Part shown: positions 52,401 to 64,000 of the stretch, one piece after another
How the letters are laid out: each line of letters begins with the position of its first letter
Numbering within the stretch: position 1 is the first letter of the stretch
Source: Octopus bimaculoides
Taxonomy: Eukaryota
DNA: 64,000 nt
Reading direction: 5' to 3'
Assembly (NCBI RefSeq): GCF_001194135.2
Contig: NC_068984.1
Location: forward strand, 126,448,455-126,512,454
Position numbers and translations under genes: made by a program
Notes under the pieces: generated by a model
What the model was told of the DNA's origin: nothing
Seen by the model: only the letters and a program-made list of their open reading frames with translations
The model's database searches: none

Positions 52401-53607
52401 GCAAGAGCACTCAGAGAGTGCAAACCTCTGCCAAGGCAATACCAACGTCTTCTCAATGATTAGCCAAAGATGATTTTTAAAATGAGAATATCTGAAATAA
52501 GCTCAGCTGCTCTCACAAACAAGAATACTAAAAATGAACCTGACCACTCTCAGAAATTAAATAAAAAATCCGGAAAAATAATCCAGAATCTTTGTTTGGT
52601 ACCTGATTGATCCCAATGGTAGTCATGGAATGTGAAGGTAGCTGTAGAAAATTTAGTTTATCCTTATCTAATATTAAGCCAAAGTTAACAAATTCCCCAC
52701 TCAAAATAGTTTCAAAGACATAGGTAATAATAATAAGTTCTACTCATGAATTGACTTAGCTCCTCCCACAAACTTGCTGGTTTTGTACCAAACAAAATTT
52801 GAAACCAATATTAGAAGTGGTGCAATAAAGCAGCAAGCTGGTAGAATTGTTAGCACACCAGACAAAATGCTTAAAAGCATTTCATCCATCTATACATTCT
52901 AAGATCAAATTCTTCCAAGGTTGATTTTGCCTTTCATCGAAGAAATTAGTTTCATTTGATGTAATCAACTAGCTTGCAGGCCTTGTGCCTATAGTAGGAA
53001 GAAATATTAAAAGTACTAGTAGCATTAATATTTATAATAGTAATTAGTCATAAATACAAAGTGGTATTGATGGCAATGCAATGTAGGACTTGTGGTTGTC
53101 AAACCAAGTGCCAATCGTACATAGTTGCCAATGTCAGTATTTTTGTAGCATTTGACAGTAGTGTCCTCCTTACGGTTTGCTAAAACCATTGGTGGTATGT
53201 CCATACCAATGATATTGATGTGCAAATCAGATTAGCTATAAACACAACTTCAGTTTTCTCAAGCTTTGGAATGGAAAACATAAGAACCTCTGAGAAGAAA
53301 TATTTACTGTAAGGCAGTGAAGGTGGTGCTGGTTGGGTTTGCTGTTGGTGGCAGTGGTGATGGTGGTGATGGTAGGTGGATTAAACTAATCCATCTTTAG
53401 AATACTATACAATGAGATGTTCATAGAAATTGGTCTATCCAGAACAAGATAATCCAAATGTATTGTAAGAATATGGATCCAAGATATTACTGTGTCAGTC
53501 TTATTTTTAAATTTCTACTGCAACATTGGCTCTAATCAATCTTCCTTGTCTTTCTGTTTCTCTGTCTCTTTCTTTCTTCCTTCTTTTTCTCTCTTCCTCT
53601 CTCACAC

Positions 53608-53661
<54 letters not shown>

Positions 53662-53821
53662 TTATACACACATACAAGGTTTGTCTGTTAGTTCTTGTTT
53701 TATATATATATATTTAATAATAATATTAGGGATAAAAATCCAAAATTACAGGTAAAAACTCATTAATTTATATAGTTTTCCTTAAAACTATATATTTATA
53801 TATATATATATATTTATATAT

Positions 53822-53861
<40 letters not shown>

Positions 53862-54035
53862 CTTCTTTCATTCTTTTACTTGTTTCAGTGACTGGAATGC
53901 AACCATGCTAGAGTACCACCTTGAAAGCTGTTAGTTGATCAAGTCAACCCCAGTTCTTATTTCAAGTTAGCCTTGATACAGCAGAACTATATTCAATGAC
54001 ATTCAAATTCTAGCATATCACTTTATCACCGAGAA

Positions 54036-54365
54036 CAAGGCTTCTCAACCATTTTTTATCTATGGACCCCTTTGATTACTATTTTATTCTGGTGGTCCCC
54101 CTTCACCATTTGATGTTTAAAAACTAGTTTTTCAGAAACTGCTATCAAAATTTCTATTTTAATTTTCACACGTCAACTTGGGTGTGTTGAACTATGTGAA
54201 ATGTTAGAGAAAGAAACCTAGCTGTTTCTTGCAATACATACCAATATATACATCTAAAGCAAAATTCTTTCAGGAGCCCTTAAAATACTATTGGGGATCC
54301 CAAATTTACCATTTTGTTCCATAGACCCCCAAAAATCTTATATGGACCCCAGATGAGAACCACTG
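54036..54365. mobile_element. hAT MITE directly abutting the next element
   Basis: Termini CAAGGCTTCTCAACC / GAGAACCACTG; TSD poorly preserved. Confidence 0.65.
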
Positions 54366-54373
54366 ATCTCGAG

Positions 54374-55118
54374 CAAGGCTTCTCAAACTTTTTACTTTAT
54401 ATACCTCTTGTAACAAAATTTAATTTCTATTCAATCCCAAACAAATTGATTGAATATTGAATTACAAAACATACCTAATTTACCAGTATTTAATACAATT
54501 TGCCTGAGAAAAGAATCAGTGAACAGTAAGTGCAAATATACCTTTAACCCTTTAGCATTTAAACAGGCCATATTCAGCCCAAGTATTTAATCAGTTTTAT
54601 GTTCAAGCTGGCCTGATGTGGCCTCTCATACCTATGCTACAATGTAATTCTAAAAATAAACACATCAGTAAAATCTCAAAGCTGTGAGATGAGGTATAAT
54701 GAATTTGATACCATGTGAATAAATAAGCATTACAGTTAACAGATTAATCTGAACACTAAAGGATTAATGATTGAAATATTTGTTAATGGGAAAGTTAAAT
54801 GGGCACAGAGAAGATTGTGAATATTAGGTTGCAGGTTTTTAGGTTTGAACTGCATATCACTTGCATTCTATTTTCAAAGTGCTTCTTTACTTGCTTAGTA
54901 AATTATGCATGTGGCTAAATCCAAATTCTGTCTTATATGAAATTGGAAAAGCTAGTAAAATGGGCTCAGCAGTTGCACAAGGCTTGGGATATTTTGCTTG
55001 GAAAATTCACCTTGTGGAACCCCAGGGTTTTATATCCCTATCAAACTTCTATTCACCCCAACCTGCCTCCACCAGGGTCATTGATGTTTTGGTATATGGT
55101 TCATTTTGAGAAACCTTG
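54374..55118. mobile_element. hAT (Charlie-like) non-autonomous element
   Basis: 14-bp TIRs CAAGG(C/T)TTCTCAAA (13/14 match); 8-bp TSD ATCTCGAG / ATCTAGAG, fitting the NTCTAGAN preference. Confidence 0.85.
54548..54763 (+). mobile_element. piggyBac-like MITE family 1 nested in the hAT element
   Basis: TTAA at 54544-54547 and 54764-54767; aligns with 1230 and 15660. Confidence 0.85.
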
Positions 55119-55704
55119 ATCTAGAGTAGAGGCTCCTTCTTTCCCTTATGGCAGTATATCAGTCTCATAAGGCCATAGATCTTTATCTGGAGAATTTTAA
55201 GTTTTTATTGATAGAGCAACACCGCTTATGGCTTTAGAGGCTCACACAACATTGATAATCTTGGCCAGAGTGTTCACTTGTGAAAGCACTGTTTGCCATT
55301 GTAATGCTTAAACTGTAATGTTATATTTGGTGATGGATATGCTAGAACTGGAATGTCTTTGATTACAGTACAACTGCTTCAAGGCTAACTTTAAATAAGT
55401 ACTGGGGTTGATATGATTAACTAATAGCCTTCAAGGCAGTGTCCCAGCATGGTCACATTTCAGCAATTGAAACAAGTAATGAAATAAGTATATATATCAA
55501 TGTACAAAGAAAGTTAAGTAGATAGAGTCTTTAGTATACTTTTTTTCAGCAGCAAGCTGCAATCTTAGTCACTTTTGAAACCTCTTCCTAGTTCCTCTGT
55601 GTTATATCATCATGGTGTTTTGTTGGGTTACTGAGTTCAATGTCTCCCTTGTGTCCAAAACTTATGTACCCAAGAACAGGGAGTTGAATTTATTTCAGGA
55701 TTAT

Positions 55705-56060
55705 CTGTTTCAAAGGATGCCAGAATGGATCTGATTTTGGTGCCTTAGTTGGACAACTACAACTATACATCTAAATAAGCAGTATAAATTGTTTGTGTTG
55801 TTCTAAGTTAAATTTCTTCTCAATATTTCCAGAATTAATCTTTTTAGATTATTGACAAAGAAACTGCACATTTTTGTTGGTCTATTTCAACGGATGCCAG
55901 AGTAGATCTGATTTTGGTGCCTAAGTTGGACAACTATGACTACACATCTAAACAAACGGCATAAATTGTTTGTGCTGATCTAAGTTAAATTTTTTTTTCA
56001 ATATTTCCAGAATTAATCTTTTAAGATTATTGACAGAGAAACTACTCATTTCTGTTGGAA
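55705..56060. repeat. Two-copy tandem duplication, period about 177 bp, moderately diverged
   Basis: GGATGCCAGA..GATCTGATTTTGGTGCCT..GTTGGACAACTA and TCAATATTTCCAGAATTAATCTTTT are each present twice. Confidence 0.9.
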
Positions 56061-56412
56061 TATTGCCAAGTTTCTCAGTGAAATTCTTTCCTGAAATTGT
56101 ATAGATGAGTTGAACAATGGCCAAGAATGTACATCTGTAACCATTTCTGCCTGTTTTTCTGAAAGTTGGCAGTAAATGTTTTGATAGGAAGCAAAGAAAG
56201 AGTGACTTGATCCTTATTACAGGCTTCATGCTCACTGCAAGAACATCTGTGAAAGTAACCAGAAGTACTAGAAAAATAATAGATTTAATAATGTAATAGC
56301 GTTGTATGATTTGTTTGTGGGCAGAGAAAAGGTGCTAATAATACAATAGATCACATGATATTTAGGACATTTTAAAGGCGGAATAGAATCAGTAACAACG
56401 AAAACAATAATA

Positions 56413-56445
<33 letters not shown>

Positions 56446-57542
56446 TGCTAATGCAATATTTAGTATCTGTTGAAGAGCAGAGTTGAGGCTCTATTAATAA
56501 AACAGGTAATACAATATCTAAGATCTGTTAGAGGGTACAAGTTAGGAGCCCTAATGGTTGTAGTAAGTCATATGGGATTCAGGATATGTTTCTAAGAGTG
56601 ACTGAGGTTAATGGGTAGTGATGATTGCAGTACGGTAAAGAGAAAATAAATAAATGCAGAATACACTGAAAGAAATGGTAGTGGTAGTGTTGGTGGTGTA
56701 TCTATCTATATAAAGTACTATTTCTTATAGATCAAAATGGGTAGTAGCTGTAGTGGCAGTGACAGTGGTGGTGGTAGTGGCAGCAGTAGTGGTGTGGAGT
56801 GGGGGTGGTATTGCACACTGGTATATTTGGAAATGGTGCCTGTCATTCTATGATAATCTTTGTAGTCTTGGCAGCAACAGTGAAGCTGTTCTCTTTTGTC
56901 ATTTTTTTTTCCTACTACAGATAATGTATTTTCTTTGGGGAAATTTTTTAAATATTTTTTTTCTTACATATGTTCTCAAAAACTGATGTCTTAGAACAAT
57001 TGTCTAGAGATGCTAATGCAATATTCATCTCTTTCTTTTTTCTCTCTTTCTGTCACACATTATGTTCATTTTTTTTCTCTCTTCCTCCCTCTCTCTCTTT
57101 GTATAAATACTTATATACATATATGTGAGAGTTTATATATGTACATCAGGATTTAAATGTGTAGGTGTGTATACGTATGTATGTATTTAGCGTGATTCAG
57201 AAGTCCCTTTAGCATTTAAATGATATAATAAAATTATTATTCTATATTTTGTTACAATTATATTTTTTATATAATCTTTTGCTTTTTTATTGCGAATTCA
57301 AAAAACACATATGCACACTGGCTCACACAGATATGTCAGAAACATGTCACTATCAAAGAACAATATTCATCGTCCTAAAAAATGACACAATATATTGGTG
57401 ACCCTGTTCCATCATCTGTGAATACTATGAGCAACTGCCTGTAATGATCTGGGTGCCTGATAGTATGAATAGATGGGTAGCAAACCTGTTGTCCTGAAAT
57501 CCCTGGGTCATGGTCATCACTGGCAGAAGTGAGGTTAGGGTT

Positions 57543-57610
57543 AGTTAATGGGCAGTTAATGAACTTCTATGTCTGTAGTTAATGAGCAGTTAATGAACTT
57601 CTATGTCTGT
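57543..57610. repeat. 34-bp direct tandem duplication (1 mismatch)
   Basis: AGTTAATG(G/A)GCAGTTAATGAACTTCTATGTCTGT x2. Confidence 0.92.
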
Positions 57611-57866
57611 ATTTGGATTTACATCTATTTCTTTATATTGGTTTTAACAATTAATCTTTGGCCATGCTAGAGTATACTACTTATAAATGTTTTCAGTAAT
57701 TCATTTTGGTCTGGTACTTACTTCTATTGATTCCTATTTGTCGAACTGCTATATTGTGTGACACAATTAACTCCACTGATTTTATTTTGACATCTATAAA
57801 TCTATAAATGTAAATATGGATATATACAGATGCCCAAGTGTCTGTGTGTGTGTGTGTGCATACACA

Positions 57867-57913
<47 letters not shown>

Positions 57914-58470
57914 NNNNNNNNNNNNNNNNNNNNNNNNNNNNNNNNNNNNNNNNNNNNNNNNNNNNNNNNNNNNNNNNNNNNNNNNNNNNNNNNNNNNNNN
58001 NNNNNNNNNNNNNNNNNNNNNNNNNNNNNNNNNNNNNNNNNNNNNNNNNNNNNNNNNNNNNNNNNNNNNNNNNNNNNNNNNNNNNNNNNNNNNNNNNNNN
58101 NNNNNNNNNNNNNNNNNNNNNNNNNNNNNNNNNNNNNNNNNNNNNNNNNNNNNNNNNNNNNNNNNNNNNNNNNNNNNNNNNNNNNNNNNNNNNNNNNNNN
58201 NNNNNNNNNNNNNNNNNNNNNNNNNNNNNNNNNNNNNNNNNNNNNNNNNNNNNNNNNNNNNNNNNNNNNNNNNNNNNNNNNNNNNNNNNNNNNNNNNNNN
58301 NNNNNNNNNNNNNNNNNNNNNNNNNNNNNNNNNNNNNNNNNNNNNNNNNNNNNNNNNNNNNNNNNNNNNNNNNNNNNNNNNNNNNNNNNNNNNNNNNNNN
58401 NNNNNNNNNNNNNNNNNNNNNNNNNNNNNNNNNNNNNNNNNNNNTATATATATATATATATATATATATA

Positions 58471-58659
58471 CAGGGTGCAATAAATAAACTGTCGTCTAAA
58501 GTACTCAAAATTGAAAATAACACGGATGTCTCATTTTTAACAGTATCTTGAAACACTAAAGAGTAAATATATTCAATAAAATCACCATTGGCTTTAACCA
58601 CAACCTTCAGATGACTTTGGAATCTCCCACAACTTTTCTGGATAGTCTCCTTGTTTAAG

Positions 58660-58660
<1 letters not shown>
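58471..58660 (-). mobile_element. maT/DD37D-like Tc1-mariner 3' end (second family)
   Basis: TIR CAGGGTGCAATAAATAAACTG next to (TA)n; peptide NLNKETIQKSCGRFQSHLKVVVKANGDFIE. Confidence 0.8.
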
Positions 58661-58691
<31 letters not shown>

Positions 58692-59052
58692 TGACCAGTT
58701 TCTGTGCATTCATTTTTACAGATGTTTTTCAATGCATGCCTAGATGAGACAAATATGCTATTGAGGTATCGTTTTGCAACCAGATGCCATTCCTATCACC
58801 AAACCCTACTTGTTTTCATGTAAGGAATCTCTTGATCTCTTATTTCACATCACTTCAAAGGCACAAAGATTTGGATCATTTGTTAACAAAAGAACTGACA
58901 ACAACAACACAACTCATACTTTGAAACTTTCACATATACAATCATCATCATCATAATTTAATGTTCATTTTTGATGCTGATAAGGGTTGGACAAATGTGA
59001 TGTGTACAAACACACAGACAGACACACAAACACATATGCTGATTGTATGCAC

Positions 59053-59606
59053 ATGCCAGAATTGATCTTTGAACAAGGCCTTGAGCTCAATTCAGGTTGC
59101 GATATGAAACTGTTGGAGACTATAGTCAATCACTAGCTAGAAAGTGTTGCTGCTGGAAGGCCATGTGTGTAGCAGCAGTATTAGGCTCCTTGCCATACCT
59201 CCAGAAAGAGTCAGAAGTGATTGTCAGAGAATTTTGATGACTTCGCTAGCCCCAATACCTGACCTCCTAATTCCTCAGATTCTAATCCCATAGATTACTC
59301 TGTGTGGAACACATTTGGGAAAGAGACAAACTGCATTGCCTGCAACACCAAGGCCAAGCTGATGGCCAAGATCAAAGAGACATTCAAAGATCTTCCCAGG
59401 AACACTACGAGGAATGCATGTACCAAGTTCCAAAGCCATGTTGAATCCATGAGGAAAATTAAAGGCAGCTACTTTGAGTAAAGTGTTATCACCTAGCCAT
59501 AATCTAGTTGATATTTTTGATTAAAAAAAAAAAAACTTTATTTTTGGATGAGCTATTGTTTTCTTTTCCTTTTATGCAAACTGTCAAATTTAGCCTGAAC
59601 ACCCTG
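59053..59606 (+). pseudogene. maT/DD37D-like transposase pseudogene fragment with 3' TIR
   Basis: Decayed QQ..APCHTSRKSQK.LSENF..F.SPN..PPNSSDSNPIDYSVW...GSYFE* (WPPNSPDLNP-type motif), several internal stops; ends CACCCTG followed by TA. Confidence 0.9.
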
Positions 59607-59638
59607 TATATATATACCTTGACCTTTTTTTTCTTTTT

Positions 59639-59812
59639 GCTGCAGAGAAGGCCACTAGGTGGCTTTGTATAAAGAGGTTAGATCAGTAATTTGCTCCTAC
59701 TGGGATGCAAGCTGGGACTTTAGTAACTCCAGCTGGTTCAACTGGATAAAGGGGCCAGATGTTGAAAGACCTGAAACTCCTTGGGACCCCAAAAATATTA
59801 CTGATGAGGCAT
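59639..59812 (+). mobile_element. HERO-like RLE non-LTR retrotransposon 3' end
   Basis: AAEKATRWLCIKR followed by a 3'UTR containing GATGTTGAAAGACCTGAAAC...CTGATGA, both resembling HERO elements as I recall them. Confidence 0.6.
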
Positions 59813-61212
59813 ACTAGAGGATCTGTGAGCTGAGCTGTATCTTAAAAACTATCAAGTATGTGCTTATTTTGCGTAATGGTTAATCCAGCACTAGAACTAC
59901 CATACTGTAAGACCACTTTGAGAGTGATAGACTATTAGTTCTTGTCAGAAGCTCTATCTAAGAGAAGGCTAATTAGGGCTCCATAGCCATAGTGGGGTGA
60001 CCTATCAGCAGTGCTTTACTGCCTTGTGGGTGAATCCAGGAAGACAATGTTTAGGAGAGTACACTCTGAAAGGAAAAAAAAACTCTATGGCAGTCAGATC
60101 TAGATGGCTTCCTATAGACTGGATTTCCTGCAGCTGGGAGGAGGTATGTATTTTCTTGGATCATCCTTACCATTAGACCTATCTCCTTCACAATGAAGGT
60201 AGTAATACTGGAATCCACTCCTCCAACACCACTACAAAGCTTCATTGCACAGGCATCTTCTCTTACAATGTGGAAAACATATCTTGAATCTCAAGATTGG
60301 TCATTGTCATTGATTACTAGCTGCTGTGGCTTCTAAATGAGAAGTGTAGATAATATCAGGAATCAAGAATTTCTCTGAAACTAACCTGCCATTAAAGAAC
60401 AGACAGTCTAATTGTCTGAAATCAAGAGGACAGTTGTGGATTAGTGTTTTTATCTCTAATCAGCAGTTCTCCTAAGCTGAGTTCAGCAGACAAAATACTT
60501 AGTTGTATACAAAAAAAGAGTAGTAAACATTCATGAATTTTTGCCTATTTCAAGTAAAAATTAAGTTAAAGAAATAATAACTTAGAGTGGCTAGTGGAAT
60601 GCATATGTACAAAGATGAATATAGGCACTCAAAAACTATGCAAGATAAATTCTTGATTTTTTTGTAATGGTCTTCACTTGCAATCAAGTGGTTTCAGGTT
60701 CAATTCCACCATGTAGCATTTTGGGCGTCTTCTACTGCAACCCCTGGCCAACCATGTCTTGAAAGTGGATTTGGTAGATAGAAAATGTATAGAAGTTTAT
60801 GTGTGTGTGTTTATCTCCCCTATTCACTGCTGGATATCCAGTGCTGGTTTGTTTACATCCCTGTAACTTAGCAGTTCAGAAAAATATGGCTGATAGAATA
60901 AGTACCAAACTTAAAAGTAGGTACTGAGTCAATATGGCTAAACATTTGAAGGTAGTGTCACAGCATGGCTGCAGTCCAATGACTGAAACAAACCAAAGCT
61001 AAAAGATAAAGAGAAATGTTTTAGAAAAAGGGAGACAATCTCAAGAACTAAGACACTTACCTAAACCCACGTGCTTTTAGATTAAACCCTTAATCACCTG
61101 ACAGCAAAAGAAACTTCTTGACCATTGTGTTAAGTACAGCCATACCAGAACTTAATCCAATCCTTTTGCCTTCTGAAAATTTCTGCTTTTCTTTGTGTTA
61201 CTAAATAAAATA

Positions 61213-61429
61213 GTTTCAAATTTTGGCACAAGGCCAGCAAGTTTCAGAAGGTGGGTAAGTGCATTACCTCAATGCCAGTGTGCAGTTGGTACTTATTTTA
61301 TTGATCCTGAAGGAATGAAAGGCAAAGTCTACCTCAGCAGAATTTAAACTCAGAACATACAGACAGATAAAATGTTGTCAAGCATTTTGCCCTGGGGTAG
61401 TTATAATTCTGTCAGCTTGCTGCCTTTTG
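61213..61429 (-). mobile_element. SINE family D with a 14-bp TSD
   Basis: TACTAAATAAAATA at 61199-61212 and 61430-61443. Confidence 0.88.
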
Positions 61430-61800
61430 TACTAAATAAAATAATGCAAGAGACCCCAAAAAACAACACACATTTCCTTTAATGCTCAACCCTTTTCCCT
61501 CTCTCCCTCTTGCAATTTAACATTTTGCATCCAACAAACATCATCTTCAGTCACAAGGAATCACCTCAAAGTTCAGTCTAATGGAAATCTTTAAGCCATT
61601 GCAAAGACAGTACAGTCAATTTCTAGTTTAAACCTTACCATTGATCAGATTCAGAATGCTAGTCTGTCTGTCTGTTTGTCTCTGCCACCATCTTGGCACC
61701 AGAATAATATATCACCTTTATGATGTTCTTCAAGTTGTCTCTTTGATTTTTCTTTACAAATCTATTTGCACTATACATACAGTTATATAGGTGTATGTGT

Positions 61801-61846
<46 letters not shown>

Positions 61847-62190
61847 NNNNNNNNNNNNNNNNNNNNNNNNNNNNNNNNNNNNNNNNNNNNNNNNNNNNNN
61901 NNNNNNNNNNNNNNNNNNNNNNNNNNNNNNNNNNNNNNNNNNNNNNNNNNNNNNNNNNNNNNNNNNNNNNNNNNNNNNNNNNNNNNNNNNNNNNNNNNNN
62001 NNNNNNNNNNNNNNNNNNNNNNNNNNNNNNNNNNNNNNNNNNNNNNNNNNNNNNNNNNNNNNNNNNNNNNNNNNNNNNNNNNNNNNNNNNNNNNNNNNNN
62101 NNNNNNNNNNNNNNNNNNNNNNNNNNNNNNNNNNNNNNNNNNNNNNNNNNNNNNNNNNNNNNNNNNNNNNNNNNNNNNNNNNNNNNNNNN

Positions 62191-62236
<46 letters not shown>

Positions 62237-62330
62237 TATATGTGTATCTATATATACATACATACATATATTCATACATACATACATACGGACATTTGAG
62301 AGAGAGAGGGAGAGAGAAACAGACAAGCAC

Positions 62331-62430
<100 letters not shown>

Positions 62431-62931
62431 TGTGTGTGTGTGTGTGTGTGTGTTGTTTCTTTAATCTGATTCTGTTTTATGTGAGATTTTATTTTGTCTG
62501 TTGAGTAATTCTAGAACAGTCTTTTATCTCAGCTTCTGTGGTTAGAACCAGTTCTTGTATCTAATTACAGAGTCTCTTCTCATGGAATCGAATCAACCGT
62601 TGTTTGAACTGTTGCATTTATCAGCTATTGATTGAGTTTCGTGCCTTAAAATTGTTTACACCACCAGCCTGAGGTCATTGGAGGTTTGTGGTAGTGCATT
62701 TGTCTTGTTTGTGTGCACGAGTATGTATTATGTATGTGTGAAGAAAATTAGGCTATTATCTTTAGACTTCAAGGTTTTTTGCTCTTACTGTCACAAAGAA
62801 TATTATACATCTCTCAAAATGTGTTAATAAAAAATATTTTTTACTGATTTTTTTTGCATCAATATATGTTTGTGTTTGTAAGTGATTTATGTGTGTGTGT
62901 GTGTGTTTGTATGTGTGTGTACATAGACATA

Positions 62932-63331
62932 GTGGAGGCGCAATGGCCCAATGGTTAGGGCAGCGGATTCACGGTCATAGGATCGCGGTTTCGATTCCCA
63001 GACCGGGCGTTATGAGTGTTTATTGAGCGAAAACACCTAAAGCTCCACAAGGCTCTGGCAGGGGATGGTGGTGAACCCTGCTGTACTTTTTCACCACAAC
63101 TTTCTCTCACTCTTACTTCCTGTTTCTGTTGTGCCTGTAATTCAAAGGGTCAGCCTTGTCACACTGTGCCATGCTGAATATCCCCGAGAACTACGTTAAA
63201 GGTACACTTGTCTGTGGTATGCTCAGCCACTTGCACGTTAATTTCACAAGCAGGCTGTTCCGTTGATCAGATCAACTGGAACCCTCGACGTCGTAAGCGA
63301 TGGAGTGCCAACAACAACAAAACAAAACAAA
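62932..63331 (+). mobile_element. Full-length tRNA-derived SINE with (CAA)n tail and a 13-bp TSD
   Basis: A-box TGGCCCAATGG, B-box GTTTCGATTCC; GTACATAGACATA at 62919-62931 and 63332-63344. Confidence 0.92.
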
Positions 63332-63383
63332 GTACATAGACATAAACATTGATAGCCACTCATATATAAGCAAGTATGTTTCA

Positions 63384-63614
63384 CCCTTTTGTTACTAATC
63401 TACCTGAAAACACCCTTGGTTCTGTGATGGAAATTTCTTGTTTTTAGATGATCTAAATTTAAGCATCTTATCAAGATTTCTTCTTAATTTGTGTTCCAAA
63501 CATCAGCTTAATAATATCAGTTATTACAAGGTTATTTTATTAAATTCTTAATTACTTGCAAAATTAATTGAAACAAAGACTGCGTATTGTCACAGAAATA
63601 TGCTAACAAACGGG
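63384..63614 (+). mobile_element. piggyBac-like MITE family 2, near full-length
   Basis: TT(C)A+CCCTTTTGTTAC ... CTAACAAACGGG+TTAA. Confidence 0.8.
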
Positions 63615-63888
63615 TTAAATGTATGTAAATAGAAATGCCTGTGTGTGTGTTTCTGTGTGTGTGTATGTATGTATGTGTGTGTGTGTGTGTGTATATATAT
63701 CTTGTTTCAGTCATTGGACTGTGACCATGCTGGGGCACCAGCTTGTAAGGTTTTGTTGAACAAATCAACCCCAGTACTTATTTATTTTTTAAAGTCTGGT
63801 ACTCATACTATTGATCTATTTGGCAGAACTGCTAAGTCATAGGGATGTAAATAAACCAACACTGGTTGTCAAGTAATGTTGGGGGATG

Positions 63889-63929
<41 letters not shown>

Positions 63930-64000
63930 ACATGCACACAGTGGGCTTCTTCCAGTTTCTGTCATAATGTGGGACATAACAGTTTTCATCTTTTCAGGGT

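Larger units (their letters stand above)
739..62190. other. 11 assembly gaps: 739-1001, 2935-3419, 3917-4605, 9664-10444, 11076-11214, 26570-26579, 30081-30090, 33082-33181, 47313-47445, 57914-58444, 61847-62190
   Basis: N runs read directly; most abut dinucleotide microsatellites, typical of short-read scaffolding. Confidence 0.98.

Noticed and set aside
52401-52620. Sequence after the Dong tail that feels like a known interspersed repeat
   Set aside because: Only one copy in the window and no diagnostic termini, so it cannot be supported from the sequence alone.
57530-57545. GGTTAGGGTTAG as an interstitial telomere
   Set aside because: Only about two units; expected by chance or as a TE subterminal motif.
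59770-59810. GAAA plus CTGATGA in the HERO-like tail as a second hammerhead; also CTGATGAG near 47855
   Set aside because: I could not build the required helices at 59770, and there is no GAAA partner at 47855.
62932-63005. tRNA gene-like sequence (also the heads at 14463, 18069 and 13163)
   Set aside because: A and B boxes are present, but each continues into a repeat body with tail and often a TSD; these are SINE heads, not tRNA genes.

Overview
AT-rich eukaryotic genomic DNA, almost entirely intronic or intergenic. It is dense in microsatellites and has 11 assembly gaps (3,485 N, about 5%), most bordered by (TA)n, (TG)n or (CA)n. The repeat families and style suggest an octopus (coleoid cephalopod) short-read assembly; this is inference from recalled repeat sequences, not a database result. 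No complete protein-coding gene, true tRNA or rRNA gene, or CRISPR array can be supported, and nearly all supplied ORFs are microsatellite or gap artefacts. The window holds: (1) dozens of tRNA-headed SINE copies from several modular families, five with recognisable 13-18 bp target-site duplications (TSDs); (2) decayed LINE fragments (RTE, Expander-like RTE, CR1/L2-like, Dong/R4 in a TAA tract, a HERO-like 3' end); (3) Tc1/mariner remnants (maT-like DD37D, and a mariner with an internal inversion); (4) hAT and TTAA-flanked MITEs, including two long foldback hairpins; (5) a probable Penelope-like remnant with a minimal hammerhead-ribozyme-like fold, plus a second copy that starts at the predicted cleavage site; (6) a few splice-site-bounded segments, mostly on the minus strand, hinting at an unidentified host transcription unit. 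I found no convincing novel biological system. The best leads are the hammerhead-like element and the candidate recursive splice sites. Family labels A-F are my own. Boundaries of old repeats are approximate (about +/-20 bp).
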